Origin: Lentisphaerota bacterium
Lineage (GTDB): Bacteria; Verrucomicrobiota; Kiritimatiellia; PWTM01
Direction of reading: 5' to 3'
Length of the DNA: 64,000 nt
NCBI GenBank assembly: GCA_016873715.1
Contig: VGWF01000003.1
Location: 4,907 to 68,906 of the forward strand
Positions 53,838 to 64,000 of the stretch are shown here, in pieces. The notes beneath the pieces are model-generated. The model was given only the letters and a program-made list of their open reading frames with translations, made no database searches and was not told the DNA's origin. Within the stretch, counting starts at the first letter, position 1. Each line of letters starts with the position of its first letter. A program made the position numbers and the translations under genes.

Positions 53838-56618
53838 TCAATTCGTCCACTCCAATTCCATCCGCCGGGTTCCCGGCGCGGGGATCAGCCACGCGCGGGT
53901 CCCGTCGCGTTCGATCTCCGGGGCGACCGCCGGGGCGCCGTCGGCGGCCGTCGCCGCCCGCCGCACGACGCGGGAACCCGGCGGCAGGAAGCGGGGGCCG
54001 GCGCCGACCCGCGACGCCTCGCCGGGGAACCAGAAGGACAGGACCCGGCCGCGCCCGGTCGCGTCGGTCCGCACGACGACGGGCCGCGCGCAGGCGAGGT
54101 CCATCGCGAAGGCCTCCCCTTCCCCGCCGTCGTGGTAGTCGTACTCCGGCGCGCGGACGTACTCGATCCGGCGCCCGCCGGCCGTCGCCGACGCGCACGC
54201 GAAACCCGGCCCCGACGCATGCCAGCCCGAGGCGGGCAGCGTCACCAGATCCGCGCCGACGCGCACCTCCCACGGCGCATCGGATCCGTTGATCCAGATC
54301 TCGAGCCCGTCCCGGTACCGGAGGTAGAGCATCGATCGCCGCCACAGCCCGCTCGAGAGCGCGTCCGCGTCGGACATCAGGACGCGCCCGTCGCCGTACG
54401 CGATGCGCTCGACCGCGCCCAGGGCCTGGCGCCGGTGCAGCGCGGCCGACAGGAAGGCGATGCGCCACAGGCGCGGGTCGCCCGCGTCCAGGGCCGGCAG
54501 CCGGGGCGCGAGGCCGTGCGCGAAGGCGGCGGCCAGGTAGCGCCGGTCCGCGTCGCCCGCCTCCCCCCCGCCCTGCGACGGCGGCGGCATCGGCGGGCCG
54601 ATGCCGGGCACGACCGGATTCAGTCGAAGCAGGGGCACGAACGGAAGCCAGCCGCCCTCGCGGGGGTCGTCCGCCCCGCCGGGGATCACGGCGTAGGCGT
54701 CGGCCGCGCCCGCGTAGAGCCACGTCCACGGTCCGTCGGCGACGGCCGGCGCACCCGACCGGACCGAAAGGCCCCGCATCGCCTCGAGCAGGCCGCCCCA
54801 CGCGGCGCGGAACCCGGCGGCCCCGCGCGTGCGCGCGTCGAAATCGGTGTAGGCCCAGGGCGGGAGCGACGTGGTCCGGGCCCGGACCGCCACGCTCACG
54901 CCGGCGGGGCCGGACCCGGGCCCGGCCCCGGACAGCGCCCGCAGGAACGTCGTCTTGACCGCGAACCGGCCCTCCGCGTCGCCGGCGACCCACGCGCCGT
55001 CCGGCGCACGGCGGACCAGGTCTCGGCTCCACCGCGGATCCAGGCAGTCGATCGAGTCCTCGCTCGACGACTCGTCCCGGATCCCGGACGGCAGCAGCAG
55101 GAGCGGACCCGCTCCCGCCGCGTCCCACGCCTCGCCCAGGCGGCCCGTCCCCATCGCCGGAACATCCATCCACAACGCCATCGCCGCGTCCGGCGCACGG
55201 CGTCCGGCCACCGGCGCCACCGGCGGAAGCACCTCGCCGGGACGCGCGGAAAGCACGAGCCGGAAGACCTCGCGGACCGGCGCGCGGCGGCCGTCGGTCG
55301 CGGCTTCATAGACGACCCCGCCCGGCCGGTCCGCATCGGCCTCGCCGCCGAACTCCATCCGCGACGCGCCCGATTCCGCGGGGTCGAAGCCCGCCGTCGC
55401 GAAGACCGGCGTGCCGACCGGGTCGCTGCAGCGCCACATCAGCAGGCGCGGACCGGGCAGCATCGGCAGGCGGAGACTCCCGAGCGGCGAGGACGACCGG
55501 AGTTGCCCGGCCCGGATCGCGCGGATCGCCCCGCCTCCGCCCTCCATCGAAACGCACAGCGCCCGTCCGTCGAGGCGGAAACAGACCGACAGCCCGCCCG
55601 CCGTCTCGATGCGGATCCGGTCGTCCACCACGGCGGCGAGCCGCGGCGTCGCATCGAAGCCCTCCGCCTCGATCTCCCACCCGCTCCAGCGCCCGCAGGT
55701 CCGCCCGTTCCACTCGAGGCCGCCGCCCCGAAGCCAGTCGGCCGCCTCGATCGTGTAGGCCGTCTCCCCGGCATCGTCCGTCGCGCCCAGGCGGTACCGG
55801 CCGGGCGCGACGGTCTCGACGCGCGTCCGCACCGGCGCGGCGGCGGACGCGACCCCGGTCGTCGCGCCGCCGTCGCGGGCGGCCCGGACGATGCGCCGGA
55901 AGGGAGGTTCCCACCTCGCCCGCCAGTCGGGCGTGCGCCACTCGGGCGCGATGGGCACCCCCTGCTCGAGGTAGGCGCTGAACCCGGCGAGGAAGAGCGC
56001 ATCCGCCTCCGGCGCGCGCCAGTCCGCGACGACGAACGACACGACGCGGTACGGCGGATGCGACGTCCGCGCGAACGCGGCCGGGATCCGGGCGTGGGCG
56101 ATCGTCCACCGATCGCGCGGAAAGGCGCCGAGCGGGACGCGGAGCCCCGCGCCGCGGTCGTCCTCGATCCGCACCTCGATGCGCGCGGGGGGCCCGGTGC
56201 GCGGCTCCGGGGCCCCGGCGGCCGGCTGCGACCCGACGCGCATCTCGAGCGAATCGAACGGCTCGCGCAGGACGATCTTGCCCGGGGGAAGCAACTCGAC
56301 CGCGGCCACGGGCACGGCACTGGTGGCCGTCAGCCGGGCCGCGGGATGGCCGCCGGTGAACGGCCCGGTGGCGCGCTCGATGCGGCACGTGGCGCCGGGC
56401 GGATCGGTCACCGTGGTCCAGCCCGCGAGGCGGCGGAACGCGGTCGCCGGCGTGCAGGCGTCGTCCCAGCCGGTCCACGGCGACCCGAGGGCGAGGTCGG
56501 GTTCCGGCGGACCGCCCGTCCCGCTGCCGCGCACGGGCACGTCCTCCGGCGGCTGCACGATGCAGCCCGCCGCAAGCACGACGCCGAGCGCCGCGATCAG
56601 CCGAGGAAGACAAACCAT
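53838..56618 (-). CDS. Large putative lipoprotein, possibly glycoside-hydrolase-like
   Basis: MVCLPRLIAALGVVLAAGC lipobox; beta-rich N-terminal modules; PPWAYTDFDAR segment. True start lies inside the longer track ORF. Confidence 0.6.
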   Translation of the reverse strand: MVCLPRLIAALGVVLAAGCIVQPPEDVPVRGSGTGGPPEPDLALGSPWTGWDDACTPATAFRRLAGWTTVTDPPGATCRIERATGPFTGGHPAARLTATSAVPVAAVELLPPGKIVLREPFDSLEMRVGSQPAAGAPEPRTGPPARIEVRIEDDRGAGLRVPLGAFPRDRWTIAHARIPAAFARTSHPPYRVVSFVVADWRAPEADALFLAGFSAYLEQGVPIAPEWRTPDWRARWEPPFRRIVRAARDGGATTGVASAAAPVRTRVETVAPGRYRLGATDDAGETAYTIEAADWLRGGGLEWNGRTCGRWSGWEIEAEGFDATPRLAAVVDDRIRIETAGGLSVCFRLDGRALCVSMEGGGGAIRAIRAGQLRSSSPLGSLRLPMLPGPRLLMWRCSDPVGTPVFATAGFDPAESGASRMEFGGEADADRPGGVVYEAATDGRRAPVREVFRLVLSARPGEVLPPVAPVAGRRAPDAAMALWMDVPAMGTGRLGEAWDAAGAGPLLLLPSGIRDESSSEDSIDCLDPRWSRDLVRRAPDGAWVAGDAEGRFAVKTTFLRALSGAGPGSGPAGVSVAVRARTTSLPPWAYTDFDARTRGAAGFRAAWGGLLEAMRGLSVRSGAPAVADGPWTWLYAGAADAYAVIPGGADDPREGGWLPFVPLLRLNPVVPGIGPPMPPPSQGGGEAGDADRRYLAAAFAHGLAPRLPALDAGDPRLWRIAFLSAALHRRQALGAVERIAYGDGRVLMSDADALSSGLWRRSMLYLRYRDGLEIWINGSDAPWEVRVGADLVTLPASGWHASGPGFACASATAGGRRIEYVRAPEYDYHDGGEGEAFAMDLACARPVVVRTDATGRGRVLSFWFPGEASRVGAGPRFLPPGSRVVRRAATAADGAPAVAPEIERDGTRAWLIPAPGTRRMELEWTN

Positions 56619-57091
56619 TTGCGGCCCGCGAAGTTGACGAGCAACGAAGCCAGGACCTTCATCCCGTACGAGAGGGAGGTGCTCCACCCGGCCCACCGGA
56701 TCAGGGCCCAGCCGACCGCCGCCCCGATCCCGACGCTGGCGGCGGACACCGCGAAGAAGAGGGCCATCTCGGCCCCGCGCCCGTGACGGCCGGGCGTGAA
56801 GACCCACGCGGCGTTGAGCGCGTAGGCGGTGAGGTTCGAGAAGACGAACGCGACGGCCGTGTTCACGAGGAAACGGAAGGCGCGCGCGGTTTCGTCCACC
56901 GGGCGCACGCGCAGGTGCAGACGCACCGCGAGGGGATCGGTCGCCCGCAGCGCGGGCAGGATCCGCCACGCCATGAGGAAGAAGACGGCCATGTCCACCG
57001 CCGTTGCGAGGCCGCCGCAGAGGGCGTACTTGATGAACTGCACGACCGGCCCGGACTCACGCCCGGCGAACTCGGCCCACAGCCCCGTCAT
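56597..57091 (-). CDS. GtrA family membrane protein
   Basis: QFIKYALCGGLATAVD, YALNAAWVF, NFAGRKWFVF; ATGA overlap with the greA stop. Confidence 0.88.
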   Translation of the reverse strand: MTGLWAEFAGRESGPVVQFIKYALCGGLATAVDMAVFFLMAWRILPALRATDPLAVRLHLRVRPVDETARAFRFLVNTAVAFVFSNLTAYALNAAWVFTPGRHGRGAEMALFFAVSAASVGIGAAVGWALIRWAGWSTSLSYGMKVLASLLVNFAGRKWFVFLG

Positions 57092-59250
57092 GCCCCGCCC
57101 CGGACCCAGCCCCGGACCTCGTCCGACAACGGCAGCACCGCGGCGACGCGCGCCGGACGGTCGCCGTCGACGCCCGGCACGGCGACCTCGTCGCCCGCCA
57201 CGCGGCCCTCGACGGCCTGCGCGAGACGGGTGTCCGACGAGATGATGCCGAGCGCCTCGTCGCGGTCCCACGCGCCGAGGATGTAGAACCGCTCGCGGTG
57301 CCCGTCGGCATGCTCGATCTCCACGCCCGCGCCGGGACCGGCGCGCTCGGGGACGGGGCCGTCGAACCCGGTCGGCTGGACCTGCTTGAGCGCCGACTCC
57401 AGCTCGCCCCGCCGCCGCATCAGGATGCCCTGGGCCTCCTTGGCGGCCTTGTATTCGAAGTTCTCGCGAAGGTCGCCGTAGCTGCGCGCGACGCCGATGT
57501 CGCGGCTGTTCTGCGGGATGTCGACCTCGACGATCCTGAGGAGCTGCGCCTGGCGTTCGAGGTAGCTGCGGGTGGACGTCACGGGGAGCTTCCGGGCCGG
57601 AGTCGGCGCGCCGCCGCGGAGCAGGTCCTCCATCTCCGGGCGCACCTTGACGATGCGGCCGAGGATCGCCTGCCGCTCGAGCGGCGGCCACGCGGTGGTC
57701 TCCTTGAGCCGGAGGAACATCTCGCGGCGGCCGTCGTCGTCGAGGCCGTCGAAGAGGTCCTTGAGCCACTCGGTCTTCGCGAACCGCTCGCGCAACGCGT
57801 TCTGGGCCTTGAGCCGCTCGCCGCAGTGGTCCTTCTCCAGCGCCGCGACCGCGAGACGCGCGTAGTCGAACCAGCGGCCGAGCGCCCACGACGTCCAGCG
57901 GTCCGGATTGCGGTGAAGCCAGAGGAGGACCTCGACGTCGGCCAGGCGGGACCCGACCAGGCCGCGGATCCGCTCGGCGCACGCGGCCTCATGACCGCCG
58001 GCGAGAAGGAGTTCGAGGATGTCGGACAGGACGGGGGCCTTGACGGCGTCCAGCGCGGCGACCAGCGTGCCGACGAACTCCGGGCCGGCGCGACGCAGCA
58101 GCATCGTGAGGAAGGGCTGGATGTCGCGGGCGGGCAGGTCGTGGACGGCCGCCACGAAGGCCTCCGGCCGGCGCCAGTCCTCGATGCGCGCCCCGGTCGG
58201 CAGGGCCGCCTCGTCGAGGCCCATCCGGTCCGCCGCGAGCACGGCGCGCACGACGAGGCCGGGATGCCGGCCCTCCGCGCCCTTGATGACGAACGCCAGG
58301 CGGCTCGCGACGGCCTCCCGGGCCTCGGCGTCGGCCGCATCGACCTTGCCCTCGTCGAGGGCGGCGCCGACCCGCACGAGGATCGACGCCATGTCGCGGT
58401 CGGCCGCAAGATCCGCGATCCACCCGCGGTCGCCCTCCGGCGGCGCCTCCCGCAGGCGCAGGGGCTCGGTGCGCTTCGCGGGGATCTCGACGGTCCCGTC
58501 CTTCTTGAGCGCCTTGCGCGCGCCGTCCCAGAAGGCCTTCCAGTCCGCCTCGGGAACGATCCGCGGGGACAACCGCTCCTGCAGCTGGATCACCACCATG
58601 GGGCCGAAGCTCGCCACGGCGAGGCGGACGATCTCGCCCGGGCGCTCGCGGACCGCCGCCCGGATGCCGTCGGGGTCGCGGTGGAACCGGGTCAGCAGGT
58701 GCGACTCGCCCAGCGGCTGGAGCGTCTCCGCCGCGTAGGCGTAGGTCATGCGGTGGCCGGCCTTGGTCTCGAAGTCGATCTCGACCCGCTTCTCGAAGTG
58801 GTCCATCCGTCGCACAAGGCCGAAGCCCCAGGTCTTGTCGTAGCAGGGCGAGGCCTCGCGGAGCGCAACGAGCGTGGCCAGGCGGCGCACCGCCTCGACC
58901 GGCGCGACCCTGCCCAGCCCGACGTGATCGACGAGAATCCGGCGCTCGGTGTCGGGACCGGCCATCGCAAGCCACTCGTCGCGCACCGCGTTCTCGGAGC
59001 CCTTGTCCGCCCCCATCCACGACGCGCGCAGGCGGAGGACGCCGAGGGCTTCGAGAACCATGCCGCGCTCGAAGAGCACATCCTGAAGCAGCTTGCCCCG
59101 CGAGTCGGCCTGGGCCACCGCGGCACGGCCCGCGAGGCCTTCCAGGGAGGCGGTCAGGCGCGGCAGGTCGATCGTCGGACGCTCAAGCTGTTCGAGAAAC
59201 CACTCTTCGCTGTCGGGGGCGGAACCGCCCGGGAGGGCCTCGTCGTTCAT
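57088..59250 (-). CDS. greA: Long-form GreA/GreB transcript cleavage factor (720 aa)
   Basis: C-terminal ARSYGDLRENFEYKAAKE, ILGAWD, ISSDTRLAQ; N-terminal extension of about 560 aa. Confidence 0.9.
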   Translation of the reverse strand: MNDEALPGGSAPDSEEWFLEQLERPTIDLPRLTASLEGLAGRAAVAQADSRGKLLQDVLFERGMVLEALGVLRLRASWMGADKGSENAVRDEWLAMAGPDTERRILVDHVGLGRVAPVEAVRRLATLVALREASPCYDKTWGFGLVRRMDHFEKRVEIDFETKAGHRMTYAYAAETLQPLGESHLLTRFHRDPDGIRAAVRERPGEIVRLAVASFGPMVVIQLQERLSPRIVPEADWKAFWDGARKALKKDGTVEIPAKRTEPLRLREAPPEGDRGWIADLAADRDMASILVRVGAALDEGKVDAADAEAREAVASRLAFVIKGAEGRHPGLVVRAVLAADRMGLDEAALPTGARIEDWRRPEAFVAAVHDLPARDIQPFLTMLLRRAGPEFVGTLVAALDAVKAPVLSDILELLLAGGHEAACAERIRGLVGSRLADVEVLLWLHRNPDRWTSWALGRWFDYARLAVAALEKDHCGERLKAQNALRERFAKTEWLKDLFDGLDDDGRREMFLRLKETTAWPPLERQAILGRIVKVRPEMEDLLRGGAPTPARKLPVTSTRSYLERQAQLLRIVEVDIPQNSRDIGVARSYGDLRENFEYKAAKEAQGILMRRRGELESALKQVQPTGFDGPVPERAGPGAGVEIEHADGHRERFYILGAWDRDEALGIISSDTRLAQAVEGRVAGDEVAVPGVDGDRPARVAAVLPLSDEVRGWVRGGA

Positions 59251-59256
59251 CGGGGT

Positions 59257-59286
59257 AGTTTATCCAAGCGCTTCCTCCGCTGTCAA
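59257..59286 (-). promoter_or_regulatory. Sigma70 promoter giving a leaderless greA transcript
   Basis: TTGACA-N18-TAAACT-N6-ATG(59250), no SD. Confidence 0.65.
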
Positions 59287-59702
59287 ACGGGCAGCGCGGG
59301 GCAGACGCACCTCGTTCCTGTCGAAACCGGGCCGTGTGCGCGGGATCCGCAGGATTCCCCTTCCATCGCCGGGAAAGGGAGATCCCAGCCGAACGATCCT
59401 TGAATCAAGGCGAAGGCGATGCCGCGGCGCGCACCGGGTGGCCCCGAGTCCGCGAGGGGCCCGGCCGGGAACGCGGCAGACCGCCCCGGATGCAAGGCGA
59501 CGAAGGGGGCGCAGGACTTGTGTCCGCGCCCCCTTCGGCAACGCCGCAGGCGGGGCGGGATCCCGCGCGATCCGGCCGGCCTGGTGCGCGTCGCACCCCC
59601 GCAACCGCAAGGGCTCCTGCGTCCACCAGTCACTCCGCGCCCCGCCGACCGAAAGGCGCCGCGACCTCGAGGAAGATGCGTCTGCCCTGACGGGCAGCGC
59701 GG
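59287..59702. repeat. Palindromic intergenic element with terminal inverted and flanking direct repeats (MITE-like)
   Basis: DR ACGGGCAGCGCGG at 59287 and 59690; IR GGGCAGACGCA (59299) and TGCGTCTGCCC (59677); nested hairpin 59424-59594. Confidence 0.55.
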
Positions 59703-59704
59703 AA

Positions 59705-62772
<3,068 letters not shown>

Positions 62773-62776
<4 letters not shown>

Positions 62777-63861
62777 TCCCCACCTGTCACAAGGATCGCC
62801 GTCCATCCCAGCGCGGGGACGGCCTCCGCCAGCACCGTCCGGCGGCCGCCGGCGGTCTGCAGCCTCGCGCGGTTCCCGCCCTCCCGGAACAGGGTCGCGG
62901 CCAGCCGGCGGACGTTGGGGTTGGGCGACCGGAGCATGCTGTAGTCCTCGCTGCGGTAGCGGTCGCTCTTCACCGTGGTGACGTAGTGGTGGTCGGCCAT
63001 CGGGGGCATGTCCAGCGCCCGGACCGCCGCCTCGGTGGCGGCCACGATGACGCCGCGGCGATCGACCAGCGCCCACGCCCGGTCCGAGGGCTGGAGGTAG
63101 CGCTCGACGATCGCCCCGACGGTGAGGTCGATCCCGACGACGCCCTCCAGCACGTCCCCCGTGTAGACCGGCGCGATGCAGGAGACCGTCCACCCCCGCC
63201 CCGCCGGGTCCACGTAGGGCTCATCGACCCAGACCGTCCGGCGCTCGCGATTGTGCTCGGCGTCCGCCAGGTAGTAGAAGCGGAACGTAGGGATTCGCAT
63301 CTTCGCCTCGTACTGCGACAGCACGTCGAACGGAGGGAAGATCCGGATGATCGACCGGCGGTGGTTGTAGTAGGCCTGCGAGACCTCGGGCAGCGCCGCG
63401 ACGGCCGACCGCAGATCCGCGTCGAGCCCCTCCGTGACCCAGGCCGTCCGCCGGACCGCGTCGTCGATCGGATCCGCCCCCGAAACCCACAATGCCGGAC
63501 CGCTGTCGTCCACCGCCTTGTAGTAGCAGCCGTTCGGGGCCATCCGGTACTGGTTCGTCTCCACCCGCGGCAGGATGCGGTCGGCCTCGGCGTGAACCTG
63601 CGCGGCCGCCCGGGCCAGGGACGTGACCCGCGACTCGATCCGCACCGCATCGCGCCCGATCCACTGCACCACCCTGCGCAGGTCCGCGCGGTCCGCGGCC
63701 TCGTCCGGCCCCCGGCAGCCGCTGCCCGCCGCCAGCATCGCGGCCAGACCGGCCAGGACCCACCGGCCGGCGGGGACTCGCCCCCGCCCGGACGAAACGG
63801 ACGGGGCGGGGCCCGCGATGCCGCCCGCCATCCCCCCTGCCCTCTGGATCATCCGATACAT
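62773..63861 (-). CDS. Stand-alone dCache sensor-domain lipoprotein
   Basis: [11 protein letters not shown] lipobox-like; [40 protein letters not shown]. Start uncertain (63831-63861). Confidence 0.82.
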
Positions 63862-63881
63862 GCCGCCCACCCATGGGCCGG

Positions 63882-63897
63882 AGCATCCTACATGCCA
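63882..63897 (-). promoter_or_regulatory. Possible sigma54 (-24/-12) promoter
   Basis: TGGCATGTAGGATGCT: GG-N10-GC spacing upstream of the dCache gene. Confidence 0.35.
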
Positions 63898-64000
63898 GCC
63901 CGGCACGCAACCTTGCTCGCGACGCTCGAGGACATCTCCGCAGGCGGCCGGGGCCGGGCCGTACCGGAGGGCCGGAATGGGGAACGGATGCCGCACCGCG

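Noticed and set aside
59505-59628. tmRNA-like ends (GGGGGCG ... TCCACCA)
   Set aside because: Only about 125 nt apart, with no TTCGA T-arm and no tag reading frame.

Overview
Very GC-rich bacterial chromosomal DNA. PEP-CTERM, long-form GreA, an LRR Ser/Thr kinase, a TPR-ExbBD-VWA cluster and the dnaB-bamA-skp-lpxD order suggest the PVC superphylum, probably Kiritimatiellota/Lentisphaerota (inference). Two housekeeping blocks lie on the minus strand: nusA-infB-rbfA-truB-ribF, and tRNA-Gln-prs-rplY-pth-rpsF-ssb-rpsR-rplI-dnaB-bamA-skp-lpxD. The left 21 kb is accessory and holds the best candidates for undescribed systems. (1) A tightly coupled operon of an FAD oxidoreductase, a Tes/MJ0619-like radical SAM enzyme and two U32 Fe-S proteins, flanked by a GT-C-like membrane protein and a convergent PLP aminotransferase. 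(2) A three-gene exported module: small hydrophobic peptide, signal-peptide-bearing YidD paralogue, and TPR/helical-hairpin protein. (3) A MacAB-like exporter plus omptin, with heptamer tandem arrays upstream and inside. Also notable are a TPR-TPR-ExbB-ExbD-ExbD-VWA module without TonB, an ExuT-DUF2569-like fusion, REP doublets, several leaderless-looking promoters, a nusA leader attenuator and a ~415-bp palindromic intergenic element. No CRISPR array, transposase or integrase was seen. Family calls are motif recognition by eye, with no database searches.
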